Below are positions 29,651 through 39,645 of a stretch of 64,000 nt of DNA, in pieces. A model generated the notes under the pieces. It ran no database searches. It saw nothing but the letters and a program-made list of their open reading frames with translations, and was not told where the DNA came from. Within the stretch, counting starts at the first letter, position 1. Every line of letters starts with the position of its first letter. The DNA is taken from NCBI GenBank assembly GCA_964578175.1, contig CAZOBH010000003.1, positions 10,159-74,158 on the forward strand. Direction: 5' to 3'. Source of the stretch: an uncultured Clostridium sp. (GTDB lineage: Bacteria; Bacillota_I; Bacilli_A; RF39; UBA660). Both the position numbers and the translations under genes were made by a program.

Positions 29651-29674
29651 AAATCCTCCTATAAAAAAAGAGAA

Positions 29675-30214
29675 TTACTCTTCTCTTGCTTTTACAACTA
29701 CAAATATTGTACCAACTATTATAACAATAGCTACAATACCTATAATTAAATCAGATGTTTTTGATTCTTTTTTTGATGTATTTGTAGCACCATCAGGTTC
29801 TCCACCACCATTTTTTTCAATTACATCTTTTACTTTAGTTGATCTGTTATCATTTTTATATTCATCATCTATTGCTTTAAGAATTTCTTCTCCATCACCT
29901 TCACCATATCCAGAGAAAACTTTTTCTCCAATAATCATAAAAGGAACTCCTGATGCTTGTTGACCTAATGCTTCTCCAACTTTATTCATTAGTTCAGCAT
30001 TCTTTTCATTTTCCCAAACTTCAAATTTAATTAAATTATATTTAGCTTTTTCTTCTTGATCAACTGTTTCAAACCATTCATGTAATTCTTGGCAATGTGG
30101 ACAAGTACTTCCATAGAATAAATATACATCTACTGGTTCTTCTCCTTCAGCATTTACTCCAAAAGGGATAAATAACATTATTGCAACTAATAAAATACTT
30201 AATATCTTTTTCAT
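29675..30214 (-). CDS. Secreted thioredoxin-fold thiol-disulfide oxidoreductase with a C-terminal membrane anchor
   Basis: Signal peptide. CPHC active-site motif (YGSTCPHCQELHEW). C-terminal TM. Confidence 0.65.
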   Translation of the reverse strand: MKKILSILLVAIMLFIPFGVNAEGEEPVDVYLFYGSTCPHCQELHEWFETVDQEEKAKYNLIKFEVWENEKNAELMNKVGEALGQQASGVPFMIIGEKVFSGYGEGDGEEILKAIDDEYKNDNRSTKVKDVIEKNGGGEPDGATNTSKKESKTSDLIIGIVAIVIIVGTIFVVVKAREE

Positions 30215-30240
30215 TTTAAACCTCCATACTAATTATACAT

Positions 30241-30849
30241 TTATTTTTCATTATTTTTCAACTTATAAATGAAAAATGTAGCTATACCAACAACTATTAA
30301 AACAACAAATACTATTATATATCTTAAAGATTCACTAATATTTTTTTCGTTTTTATTCTTTTTAATACTATCCGTTTTACTAACTTGAATATTTATATCT
30401 TTATCTAATTTATTCCAAGTAAGAACATTATCATTTATACTATCAGCATTACTATTAATAATATTTTTATCTGTTTTAAAATTTACTTTTATATCATAAT
30501 TCTTACAATACTTTTCTCCACCAGTTTGTATTGTAAAATAATTAGACTCATTAATTAAATATATATCTTCATAGCAATAATTAAGTAATTTAGTAACAAC
30601 TAAATCTTCTCCAATATCAAGTGTAATAGTTTTAGTTTTACCATTATCAATATACTTATATTCTAAATTATTTTCTTCGTCTTTAAAATTATCAGAAGCT
30701 TTTAATTTATCGAATTTGCTAAGTTCCTCATCATTAATATTTTCAATAATTACTTCTTCATTAAAATTATTATTTTCATAAGTCAAAGTATAATTAGCAG
30801 TACATCCAGTTAATATAATAGGAACAATTAATAATAGATATTTTTTCAT
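30241..30849 (-). CDS. Lipoprotein with a C-terminal TM. Start corrected to MKKYLLL.
   Basis: Lipobox LTGC after a hydrophobic h-region. AGAGGTGA RBS. Confidence 0.5.
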   Translation of the reverse strand: MKKYLLLIVPIILTGCTANYTLTYENNNFNEEVIIENINDEELSKFDKLKASDNFKDEENNLEYKYIDNGKTKTITLDIGEDLVVTKLLNYCYEDIYLINESNYFTIQTGGEKYCKNYDIKVNFKTDKNIINSNADSINDNVLTWNKLDKDINIQVSKTDSIKKNKNEKNISESLRYIIVFVVLIVVGIATFFIYKLKNNEK

Positions 30850-30859
30850 TTTATCACCT

Positions 30860-31882
30860 CTATAAATTTTTATCATTTTTATATTTTTCTGCTGTAGATG
30901 TATAGAAGAATATATTACCATCATTTCCAGATACTGTAATACAATAATACTTACCTGATGAACCATAAACATTATTTAATTGAGTAACATGAGGTGTATA
31001 AGACTTATAAGATTCCCAACTAGCGCCTCTTATATCATTTGGATACCAGTCAAATTCATCTATATATAGTGGTAAAGTTCTCTTTCCTTCTACTAAAACG
31101 GATCTAACTACTTGTTGAGCTTGACTATTATCGTAACTAGAATCTCCTAATTTCCTTGCACAAGCATACCAACCACATGTTGTTATATATTGATATAAAC
31201 TTTTCCCTCCAGTTTGATTATTATGAGTTCTCAGTTCATATAAATTTGCCATATGTGATGCAACAGCACTCATACCATTAGCGTCAGTTCCATATTCGCA
31301 TGTAACCATCCTTGCAAGTCCTATTACTTCATCATTTGATAAATTATATTTAGTTCCATTGTAGTTACCTTTGCAATCATTTTCTCCTCCACTACCACTA
31401 CCATTTTGTTTCTCTTGTTTTTTTCTTGCTTCTTCAGCCTTTTTTTCATTTTTCTTTCTTGCTTCTTCTCTAACTTTTTCAACTCTTTTTCTATTTTCTT
31501 CAGCTTTTTCTTGTTCCTTCTTTTCTTTTTCATCCTGTATCTTTTGATTACTCTTTTCTATCTCTTTATACATTGCAACAGTAGTCATATTAGCATTATC
31601 CCAACACTTTGTTTCAGTATATGGAGTTTCATTAAGCATTGATAGAAATAGATTGGTAAATGTCGGCATAAAAAAAACTAAAGAAGTAGCAATTATTTTA
31701 AGAATAATACTTTTAACATGTTTTTTAAAATTCTCTTCACTACCAAAAACTATTTTAGCTAATTCTATAGCTAAAAATACTACTAAAAGTATAGGTACTA
31801 GTATACTAATAATATTTATTACTGCTTTTGCATAAACTAAAACACCTAAGAACCCTGATTCTTCACAAATATCTATGAACAT
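30860..31882 (-). CDS. Membrane protein with a K/E-rich low-complexity linker and a C-terminal domain resembling SleB/Hydrolase_2 cell-wall hydrolases
   Basis: Two N-terminal TMs. EKKEQEKAEENRKRVEKVREEARKKNEKKAEEARKKQEKQ linker. IGLARMVTCEYGTDANG is comparable to the SleB LARVxxAEARGE motif. Confidence 0.35.
   Translation of the reverse strand: MFIDICEESGFLGVLVYAKAVINIISILVPILLVVFLAIELAKIVFGSEENFKKHVKSIILKIIATSLVFFMPTFTNLFLSMLNETPYTETKCWDNANMTTVAMYKEIEKSNQKIQDEKEKKEQEKAEENRKRVEKVREEARKKNEKKAEEARKKQEKQNGSGSGGENDCKGNYNGTKYNLSNDEVIGLARMVTCEYGTDANGMSAVASHMANLYELRTHNNQTGGKSLYQYITTCGWYACARKLGDSSYDNSQAQQVVRSVLVEGKRTLPLYIDEFDWYPNDIRGASWESYKSYTPHVTQLNNVYGSSGKYYCITVSGNDGNIFFYTSTAEKYKNDKNL
31380..31560 (-). 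repeat. Low-complexity K/E-rich coding repeat inside the membrane-protein gene
   Basis: Reiterated KK/EE/AEEARKK units in the protein, with matching purine-rich periodic DNA. Confidence 0.6.
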
Positions 31883-31926
31883 ATATTATCACCTATTTTA
31901 AGTATAACAAAAAAAGAAATAGATTA

Positions 31927-33057
31927 CTATTTCTTTATAAGACATTTATTCAACTTTTCAATAATACCATCTTTATCCATGTTTTTACCAATGAATACTA
32001 TTTTATCCATTCTATCTCCATATTCAGGATCCCAATCAGCTTCAAGTTTTGGTTCTGCTTTTCTTAATTTATCTTGTTCTTCTTTTGGTAGCATTACAAA
32101 CCATTCTCCAGCTTCCATTAAAGATTTTTGAGTTCCAGCTTGTTCAAACATATAACTCATATTATCTTCATCATCAAAATAAAGTATACCTTTACATCTA
32201 ATTATTGTATTATCGAATTCTTTTTCTACAAACTCTTTAAATTTTTTCCTATCAAATGGATCTCTTTGAAAATAAACAAATGTACTTATTCCATATTCTA
32301 ATGCTTCACCTTCAGCTTCTTCCTCTTCTTCTTTTTCTAGTTCTTCTATCCATCCAGCTGAAGATAATGCTTTTTCAAAATCAAATAAATTAACATCTAT
32401 TATTTCATTTAGATTTACTTTTGAATAATCAGTTTCAATTATTTTGGCGTGTGGTTGTAACTTTCTAATTACTGTTTTAACTTCAGCTAACTCATCATTA
32501 GTAACGTCTGATACTTTATTAAGTACAACAATATCACAGAATTCTAGTTGTTGAATAATAAGATTTTCTATATCATCATCTTCTATTTTTTCTTTTAAAA
32601 GATTATCTCCTTTATTAAACTCTTTGCTAAGTCTTAAAGCATCTGTTACTGTTATTATTGAATCTAATCTAACAATATCGTCTAGTCCACTTTCATTAAC
32701 CATTTGATTAATTGCCATAATACTTTGAGCAATAGGTATTGGTTCACATATTCCACTTGCTTCAATTAATAAATAATCATATTTTCCAGTGTCATATAAT
32801 CCAGCTATTTGTTCAATCAAATTAGTTTTTAATGTACAACAAATACATCCATTTGATAAAGGTACTAAACTATCATCTTGTTCTGTTACTAATCCATTTT
32901 TTTCAATTAAATTAGCATCTATATTTACCTCTCCAATATCATTTACTATAACTGCAACTTTATATCCTTCTTGGTTTCTTAATATATGATTAATTAAAGT
33001 TGTTTTACCACTTCCTAAATATCCTGTTAATACAGTAATAGGCATAATTCTTCCCAT
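31927..33057 (-). CDS. COG0523 (CobW/ZigA/YciC-type) metallochaperone GTPase
   Basis: GYLGSGKTT Walker A and GCICCT metal-binding motif. Confidence 0.8.
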   Translation of the reverse strand: MGRIMPITVLTGYLGSGKTTLINHILRNQEGYKVAVIVNDIGEVNIDANLIEKNGLVTEQDDSLVPLSNGCICCTLKTNLIEQIAGLYDTGKYDYLLIEASGICEPIPIAQSIMAINQMVNESGLDDIVRLDSIITVTDALRLSKEFNKGDNLLKEKIEDDDIENLIIQQLEFCDIVVLNKVSDVTNDELAEVKTVIRKLQPHAKIIETDYSKVNLNEIIDVNLFDFEKALSSAGWIEELEKEEEEEAEGEALEYGISTFVYFQRDPFDRKKFKEFVEKEFDNTIIRCKGILYFDDEDNMSYMFEQAGTQKSLMEAGEWFVMLPKEEQDKLRKAEPKLEADWDPEYGDRMDKIVFIGKNMDKDGIIEKLNKCLIKK

Positions 33058-33148
33058 AATATCACCTTCCGATGTATATTATAACATATTAAAAATCTTT
33101 AATAAATAAAATAAATATGATAAAATTGTTATATAAAAAGGAGGAGAA

Positions 33149-33784
33149 ATGAATAATAGTTTTATATCTAAGGTATACCAATGGTTATGCATAGGACTAG
33201 TTATTACTTTTGGTTGTGGATATTTATTATCTATTAATACAAGTTTACTTACAACTCTATTTAATATATATCATTTATTAGCAATTGCTGAAGTAGTTGT
33301 GGGTTTTGTATTTATATTAGCAATTAATAAATTAAGTGATACTCTAGCCAAAATATTATATTGTTCTTATGCAGCATTAACTGGGGTTACGTTTGGTGCA
33401 GTATTTTTAGTATATGATGTAGCTTCAATAATGTATGTATTTCTAGCAACTGCTATAATATTTGCTATTATGTCTTTTGTTGGTAAGAATATAAAAGCCA
33501 ATTTAAATGGTATTGCTACTTTCTTAGCAGTAGCTTTACTAGGTATGATTGTATTATCAATTATAAATATATTCGTAGCTAATCAAGCACTTGATTTAAC
33601 TATAGCATTCGTAGTATTAATAATATTTATTGCTTATATTATGATTGATATAAATAGAATATATAAAAAAGATACAAATGGTCTTAGTGAAAAACATGCA
33701 GTATATTGGGCATTCCAATTATACTTAGATATCATCAATATTATATTAGAATTACTTAGATTATTTGGTAAAAGTAGAGACTAA
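33149..33784 (+). CDS. Bax-inhibitor-1/YccA family membrane protein
   Basis: 7-TM pattern and an N-terminus (FISKVYQWLCIGLVIT) typical of the BI-1 family. Confidence 0.75.
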   Translation: MNNSFISKVYQWLCIGLVITFGCGYLLSINTSLLTTLFNIYHLLAIAEVVVGFVFILAINKLSDTLAKILYCSYAALTGVTFGAVFLVYDVASIMYVFLATAIIFAIMSFVGKNIKANLNGIATFLAVALLGMIVLSIINIFVANQALDLTIAFVVLIIFIAYIMIDINRIYKKDTNGLSEKHAVYWAFQLYLDIINIILELLRLFGKSRD

Positions 33785-33815
33785 AAAAACATCTCATAAG
33801 AGATGTTTTATTTTG
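33783..33815. terminator. Bidirectional terminator between the BI-1 gene (+) and yidD (-)
   Basis: AAACATCTC-ataa-GAGATGTTT 9-bp stem with an A-tract upstream and a T-tract downstream. Confidence 0.6.
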
Positions 33816-34026
33816 TCTTTTTAGGTACTGGATCATATCCACTACCACCCCAAGGAGCACATCTAAGTATTCTTTTAAATCCCATAAAACTTCCTTTAAT
33901 TGCTCCATACTCTTCTATTGCTTCTTTTGTATATTCAGAGCAAGTAGGAGTATATCTACATAAACTATGACTATGAAAAGAAATTGACTGATACATTTCT
34001 ATTAGTTTTATCAAAATTCTTTTCAT
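33808..34026 (-). CDS. yidD: Membrane protein insertion efficiency factor YidD
   Basis: [10 protein letters not shown] motif. 72 aa. Confidence 0.85.
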   Translation of the reverse strand: MKRILIKLIEMYQSISFHSHSLCRYTPTCSEYTKEAIEEYGAIKGSFMGFKRILRCAPWGGSGYDPVPKKTK

Positions 34027-34036
34027 ATTTCCTCCA

Positions 34037-34228
34037 TTATTTTATATTATTAACTGTCTTTTTAATATTATTTAATTCATCTACAATATTATTAAGATTT
34101 TCATTTATTTCATTAATAATAAAGAAATTACCAAATTCATTAAAATAATTAATATTATTTTGAAACTTAGCAATCGTTTTATCTAATTTTTCGTTATATT
34201 CTTTTAATTTCTCATCCATTAGTTTCAC
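34037..34228 (-). CDS. Small coiled-coil protein
   Basis: 63 aa, helical. Overlaps the upstream gene by 4 nt. Confidence 0.3.
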   Translation of the reverse strand: MKLMDEKLKEYNEKLDKTIAKFQNNINYFNEFGNFFIINEINENLNNIVDELNNIKKTVNNIK

Positions 34229-34521
34229 CCTTTATAATTATCCCAATCTTCTTTTACTCTTTCAAATAATAATCTAATATTATCATAGCTTTCTTGCATA
34301 TTATTTTTTGCTTCTGCTATGGCAATATTTATTTCTTTTTCATATTCTTTAGCTCTTTCAGGATCTTCTTTTTCTAGTTCTTCTATTATGCCTTTATAAT
34401 CAGACATATTATTTAATGCTTCCTTAGTAGCTGATGCAATATCACTCATTAATTTAGTAATTCCATCTATAGACATACCATAAGTTAACATTTTAGCTAA
34501 TTTTTTATCTTCTTCATTCAT
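34225..34521 (-). CDS. Small helical protein (98 aa), unknown
   Basis: ORF with coupled downstream partner. No motif recognised. Confidence 0.35.
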   Translation of the reverse strand: MNEEDKKLAKMLTYGMSIDGITKLMSDIASATKEALNNMSDYKGIIEELEKEDPERAKEYEKEINIAIAEAKNNMQESYDNIRLLFERVKEDWDNYKG

Positions 34522-34575
34522 CTTTTTATCCTCTTTCCATATTTTAAATATACCTTTAAAACTATTTTAAGTCAA

Positions 34576-36123
34576 TTAATTCTCCAGAATAGATCTAGCA
34601 ACTCTAATGCCATCTATTGCGGCACTCATTATTCCTCCTGCATAACCTGGTCCTTCTCCACATGGATATATTCCTTTTATGCTAGATTCAAATTTATCAT
34701 CTCTAACAATTCTAAGTGGAGAACTACTTCTAGTTTCAACTCCCGTTAAAATTGCATCATTATCATTAAATCCTTTTATTTTTCTATCAAAGTATATAAG
34801 CGCTTCTTTTAAAGTTTGTGAGACAAAGTTCGGTAGTATTATATTTAAATCTGTCATGGTAACACCAGGCTTATAAGTAGGTTTAACTTTTCCTAAATAT
34901 GTTGTTTTTATATTTTTGTGAAAATCTTCTGCTCTTTGAATTGGTGCATAGTAATTGTTTCCACCTAACTTAAATGCTTTATTCTCTAATTCTTCTTGAA
35001 AGATAATACCAGATAATGGAGAATCATCTTTATAATCACTAGGAATAACATTTACTAATAACGCACTATTAGAATTTACTCCATCTCTTTTATATTTACT
35101 CATTCCATTAGTTACAATTTCATTTTCCGAGCTTGATGAGGCTATTACCTCTCCTCCAGGACACATGCAGAATGTATAAGCAGATCTATCCTTACCATGA
35201 TATACAAGTTTGTATTCAGCTGGAGGTAAGTTCAATTTAGTTTTATCTCCATATTGAGATTTATTTATATCTTCTTGTAAATGTTCAATTCTAACTCCTA
35301 CTGAGAATGCTTTTTGTTCCATATTAATATTATAACTATATAAAGTTCTAAATGTATCTCTAGCACTATGACCAACAGCTAGAATAACTATGTCACTCTT
35401 ATACTCTTTATTACCAATTACTCCAACTAATTTATTATTTTCTATTATAAAATCACTTATTCTTTCATTAAAATGATATTCTCCTCCATTTTCTATAACA
35501 TATTCTCTTATATTTTTAATAATGTTTATTAAATTATCTGTACCAATATGTGGTTTACTCTCATATGTAATTTCAATCGGAGCACCAAATCTATAGAAAG
35601 TATCTAAAACTTTCTTACATAGTTTACTATTTAAACCGGTAGTTAATTTACCATCAGAAAAAGTTCCTGCTCCTCCTTCTCCAAATTGAACATTACATTC
35701 TGTATCTAATTTACCTTCATTCCTAAATCTTTCTACTTTTTCAGCTCTTTCTAAAACATCTGAACCTCTTTCAAAAATAATAGGTTTAATACCATTCTCA
35801 ATAAAAGTTAAAGCAGCAAACAATCCTGCTGGTCCAGCACCAATTATAATAGGTCTAAAATCTTTATCTTTATTAACTACAATACTTTCTAGTTCTTCCT
35901 CATCAACATGAATACAATCTTCAACATCATATTCTAAATCATATTCAATATCAAAAGAGTAATTATAATATATATCATCTTTATTTCTTGCATCAATTGA
36001 TTTTTTTCTTATATAAAATTTAGTAACATGTTCTTTAAATAATTTTTTTTCTTCACATAATAAATCTAATAATTCATCATTATTTAAGTCTTTTCTAACT
36101 TTTATATTATTAAATCTAATCAT
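34576..36123 (-). CDS. FAD-dependent oxidoreductase (COG2509-like)
   Basis: Dinucleotide-binding IIIGAGPAGLFAAL and a GGAGTFSDGKL motif. Confidence 0.7.
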   Translation of the reverse strand: MIRFNNIKVRKDLNNDELLDLLCEEKKLFKEHVTKFYIRKKSIDARNKDDIYYNYSFDIEYDLEYDVEDCIHVDEEELESIVVNKDKDFRPIIIGAGPAGLFAALTFIENGIKPIIFERGSDVLERAEKVERFRNEGKLDTECNVQFGEGGAGTFSDGKLTTGLNSKLCKKVLDTFYRFGAPIEITYESKPHIGTDNLINIIKNIREYVIENGGEYHFNERISDFIIENNKLVGVIGNKEYKSDIVILAVGHSARDTFRTLYSYNINMEQKAFSVGVRIEHLQEDINKSQYGDKTKLNLPPAEYKLVYHGKDRSAYTFCMCPGGEVIASSSSENEIVTNGMSKYKRDGVNSNSALLVNVIPSDYKDDSPLSGIIFQEELENKAFKLGGNNYYAPIQRAEDFHKNIKTTYLGKVKPTYKPGVTMTDLNIILPNFVSQTLKEALIYFDRKIKGFNDNDAILTGVETRSSSPLRIVRDDKFESSIKGIYPCGEGPGYAGGIMSAAIDGIRVARSILEN

Positions 36124-36159
36124 AATATCACCAACATATTTATTATATCATTAATACAT

Positions 36160-36186
36160 ATAAAAACTCGAGATATACTCTCGAGT
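36160..36186 (-). terminator. Hairpin terminator-like element
   Basis: CTCGAGA-gtata-TCTCGAG hairpin with a U-tract on the minus strand. Confidence 0.4.
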
Positions 36187-36363
36187 TAACATGATTTTAA
36201 AATTTTATATTTTTTGTTTTTAGTTAGATAGGGGGTTGTTTATATATATTTAAAACTTTTAGTTTATGTTCATTTTTATTATATTATTTTTATCTTATTA
36301 CACATCATCTCCTTTGATAATTTAATAATACTATTAAAATATGAAAAATATGTGATATATTTA

Positions 36364-36401
36364 TGAAAAAAAACAAAAAGTAGTTTATCTATGTAAACTA
36401 C
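36364..36401 (-). terminator. Terminator of the phosphodiester-glycosidase gene
   Basis: GTAGTTTA-catagA-TAAACTAC hairpin overlapping the stop codon, then TTTTTGTTTTTTTT. Confidence 0.6.
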
Positions 36402-37666
36402 TTACTATTATCAGTTACAATCCAAGCATTAGGTAAATATCTAAATGTTGGTTTTTTACCATTCCATGGAGAATTAATGTATTTATTATTTAAAGTTAAT
36501 GAAGTCGATGTTCCTCCATCTAAATTAGCAGCGTTAATAGCTCCATATTTCTCCATTATAGCTGCTTCATCTGCAAATGATGCTCCAGCTGAAAAACTTT
36601 GTAATCCATCTATAACAAGTAATAAAACAACTCTATCTGCTCTTTGGCCAATTGCAGTCCTTGATGTTGCCCAGCTATATTTTGTTACCTTTTTATATCT
36701 ATTTTTACCATCAACTATTAAAAATGGCCCAAAATCTACTGCATCTCTATAATTAAAATTCTTTGCCTCTTCATATCCCATATTCTTTTTAAGCACTAAT
36801 TTATTATCAGTAGTAAAACCTATCATTCCTTCAGAATAATTAGGAGATACTTTATATCCTTTATATACTTGTCCGTTAGCAACCACAACTCCATGTGGAA
36901 TACCGCCATTACTTCTAAATCTTGGATCGTGGAACCCTCCAGCATTCATTGCTAGAATCGCATTATAATTTTTGGATATCTTCTTTAATTGTTCACCATA
37001 TGCATAGACATTATTCTTACCATTTTTTTCCATTCCAGTACTTAAACCTAATGTTACATTAGCTGGATCATATACAACAACCATTATACCTTCATAGTGA
37101 CGTTTAGAACCAATTACTGTTCCACTAACTTTTATTATTTTATATAACTCATCTTCATTATGATCTAATATTTCTCTTTCAAATTCATCTGCATATATTT
37201 CATTTTCTACTTTAATATCATCTAACGAAATAATATCTTTTGATAAATCTACTTCATTTTTAACTAAATATTTAGATATTTCTTCATCTTTATATATATA
37301 CTTAGTTATATTTTGATAATTAATTGATTTTAGACTAGTATTAATAATCCAAGATTTAAAATCATTATTATAATAAACAATACTTACTATACCTAATCCT
37401 TCTAATAGAAAGAATATTGAAAACATTGCAAGAGATATTTTCTTAAGTACATATTTTCTATTTTTCAACTTATCATTTTTAAATAACATGATTAAAGAGA
37501 TTATAAATAGCACTATAAAAACTATTAATAATACTATTAATAACATATTTATACTATTAGAAAATAAGGGATTATTATTGCTAATCAATAATAATATAAA
37601 TAAAAAAGGAAGTATGAAAATACTTAATGATAATATTATTGAAAATATATTCATTTTATTTTTCAT
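36398..37666 (-). CDS. Membrane-anchored phosphodiester glycosidase family protein (DUF2233/NAGPA-like)
   Basis: N-terminal TMs. C-terminal NAANLDGGTSTSL motif. Confidence 0.6.
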   Translation of the reverse strand: MKNKMNIFSIILSLSIFILPFLFILLLISNNNPLFSNSINMLLIVLLIVFIVLFIISLIMLFKNDKLKNRKYVLKKISLAMFSIFFLLEGLGIVSIVYYNNDFKSWIINTSLKSINYQNITKYIYKDEEISKYLVKNEVDLSKDIISLDDIKVENEIYADEFEREILDHNEDELYKIIKVSGTVIGSKRHYEGIMVVVYDPANVTLGLSTGMEKNGKNNVYAYGEQLKKISKNYNAILAMNAGGFHDPRFRSNGGIPHGVVVANGQVYKGYKVSPNYSEGMIGFTTDNKLVLKKNMGYEEAKNFNYRDAVDFGPFLIVDGKNRYKKVTKYSWATSRTAIGQRADRVVLLLVIDGLQSFSAGASFADEAAIMEKYGAINAANLDGGTSTSLTLNNKYINSPWNGKKPTFRYLPNAWIVTDNSK

Positions 37667-37686
37667 ACTTACCTCCTGTTTAATAA

Positions 37687-38196
37687 CTACTTAATTATTG
37701 TTTCCTTTTTTAAATTATGTAATAATGCATAATCATTATATTGAATTACTATTTTATTATATTCCTCATATATTTTATTTTTAGAATTAATAACTGTATT
37801 ATAATTTATTATATAAGTATCGCACTTACTTTTTACATTATCTCTTGATATTCCATAACTACATAACTTATCAAGTTCTTTTTTATTATTATCTAATTTT
37901 GTTATGTCATTATTTATTATATCAATCTTTGCAAGTATATCACTTTTTTTATTTGGAAATGTTGATAAATAAATACCATCAAATGACTCATAAGCGGATT
38001 CTAGATCATATTTAAACAAACCAACTTTTGAATTAAAAGCTGCATAGTTTTTATCAACGTCTTCACTTATTCTATCACTAAGTTCTACATCTTTATTAAA
38101 GTCTTCAATATATGCTGATGTTATATCTACTGATTGAATACATAGACCTAAAGCTATTAAAAAAACACCTAGCTTTATAAAAATCTTTCCGCTCAT
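37687..38196 (-). CDS. Secreted hypothetical protein. Start set at MSGKIF, which is preceded by AGGTGA.
   Basis: Signal peptide (FIKLGVFLIALGLCIQS). Confidence 0.4.
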   Translation of the reverse strand: MSGKIFIKLGVFLIALGLCIQSVDITSAYIEDFNKDVELSDRISEDVDKNYAAFNSKVGLFKYDLESAYESFDGIYLSTFPNKKSDILAKIDIINNDITKLDNNKKELDKLCSYGISRDNVKSKCDTYIINYNTVINSKNKIYEEYNKIVIQYNDYALLHNLKKETIIK

Positions 38197-38353
38197 ATTA
38201 TCACCTACTTTTATCATACAATATATAGTAAAAACGATGTAAAACTAAATACATTTTTTATGTAAACTTTACGAATTTTCTTTTAAACAGTATATTTCTA
38301 ATTAATTTGTAAAAAAGCAATAATTTAGTTATTATAAAAAAGAAGGTGTACGT

Positions 38354-38947
38354 ATGAAATATATTATTAAAAGTGTTAACGATTATAAAGAAAACGAATT
38401 ATATGAATTTTATAAAATAATACATAAAGAAAAAAGGAAAAAAATAGATAAATATAAAAATATTGATGATAAAAAAAGATCTATAATAGGTGAAATGATT
38501 CTAAAAGAATTATTATCTAAAGAAGACATTGATTACAACGAAACAAAATTTACATATAATGAATATGGAAAACCATTTATGAATAATAATATTTATTTTA
38601 ATATAAGTCATTCAGATCAATATATAATAGTTGCTATTTCTAATAAAGAGATTGGAATAGATATAGAAAGAATAAAAAAGACACAAATAAATGTTATAGA
38701 TCAATTTGCAAGTGATAAAGAAAAAGAGTATATTCTAAAATCACCAAATAATATAGAAGAAAGATTATTTCAAATATATACACTAAAAGAATCATATTTA
38801 AAGATGAAGGGAACTAATTTAAATGATATATCAAACGTAGAGTTCATAATTAATAATGATAATATTACTTGTAGTGATAATAATGTTAATATTGGATTTA
38901 TAAAAGATATATCAGATTATATTATTTCTTATTGTGAAAAAAGATAG
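38354..38947 (+). CDS. Sfp-type 4'-phosphopantetheinyl transferase
   Basis: FNISHS...GIDIE and FQIYTLKESYLKMKG motifs. Confidence 0.75.
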   Translation: MKYIIKSVNDYKENELYEFYKIIHKEKRKKIDKYKNIDDKKRSIIGEMILKELLSKEDIDYNETKFTYNEYGKPFMNNNIYFNISHSDQYIIVAISNKEIGIDIERIKKTQINVIDQFASDKEKEYILKSPNNIEERLFQIYTLKESYLKMKGTNLNDISNVEFIINNDNITCSDNNVNIGFIKDISDYIISYCEKR

Positions 38948-39003
38948 CAAAAAAAGATGTGAAGATATAATAAATTTATAATGACGATAAAAGGAGTAAG
39001 TAT

Positions 39004-39645
39004 ATGAAGTTATGTTACCATTTTACAAATAAAGATCAATTAGAATCAATATTAAGTGAAGGTTTAAAACCACAATGCGGCATTAATAGTCAATTAATAT
39101 CAGATTCTAGGAAAGAAAAAGTATATTATTCAGTAGGTGAAGAAGCAACTATAAAGATATTTACAGCATTTAATGAAATACTATTGAGAGCACTTGATGG
39201 AAAAATAAGTCCTGAGTTATATGAAACTTATAGTGATGAAATAAAGCAAAAATTAGAAACTTCCCATGATGTAGAATCTTGGATGGGTGATGGAATATAT
39301 TTAGCTTTTGATGGAGATACACTTAATAATTTTAACGAAGAACAGTTAAAAGATGCATATACAACTGACACTATTCCACCAGAAAACTTATATGTATGTG
39401 TATTAAAAGATGAAACTTCAGGTGAAATTGTATCAACAAAACCATCAGATATAGTTACTTACTTTATAGCTAAAAGAACAAATAACTTTAGTGAAGCATT
39501 AAATATTGCAGGATTTTTTGCTCTTGATATAGAAGAAAAAGTAGAAGAGTATAGAAATACACCTTTAACAGTTGATTATATACCATTGTCAAAATATTAT
39601 AAATCACCTCAAAGTGACATCAATGATAAAAGAACTCATTTGTAG
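39004..39645 (+). CDS. Hypothetical protein. The N-terminal CYHFTNKDQLESILSEGL motif is reminiscent of DarT/DUF4433 ART-fold proteins; this attribution is speculative.
   Basis: 213 aa. YHFT...SIL..GL N-terminal pattern only. Confidence 0.3.
   Translation: MKLCYHFTNKDQLESILSEGLKPQCGINSQLISDSRKEKVYYSVGEEATIKIFTAFNEILLRALDGKISPELYETYSDEIKQKLETSHDVESWMGDGIYLAFDGDTLNNFNEEQLKDAYTTDTIPPENLYVCVLKDETSGEIVSTKPSDIVTYFIAKRTNNFSEALNIAGFFALDIEEKVEEYRNTPLTVDYIPLSKYYKSPQSDINDKRTHL

Noticed and set aside
31324-31835. Three short ORFs (69, 78, 60 aa) within the K/E-repeat gene
   Set aside because: Alternative frames through low-complexity repeat DNA. Poly-K or poly-F artefacts.
32789-32989. 66-aa plus-strand ORF
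   Set aside because: Antisense to the COG0523 GTPase.
34679-34876. 65-aa plus-strand ORF
   Set aside because: Antisense to the FAD-dependent oxidoreductase.
36477-36752. 91-aa plus-strand ORF
   Set aside because: Antisense to the phosphodiester glycosidase gene.
37488-37694. 68-aa plus-strand ORF
   Set aside because: Antisense to the N-terminal TM region of the same gene.
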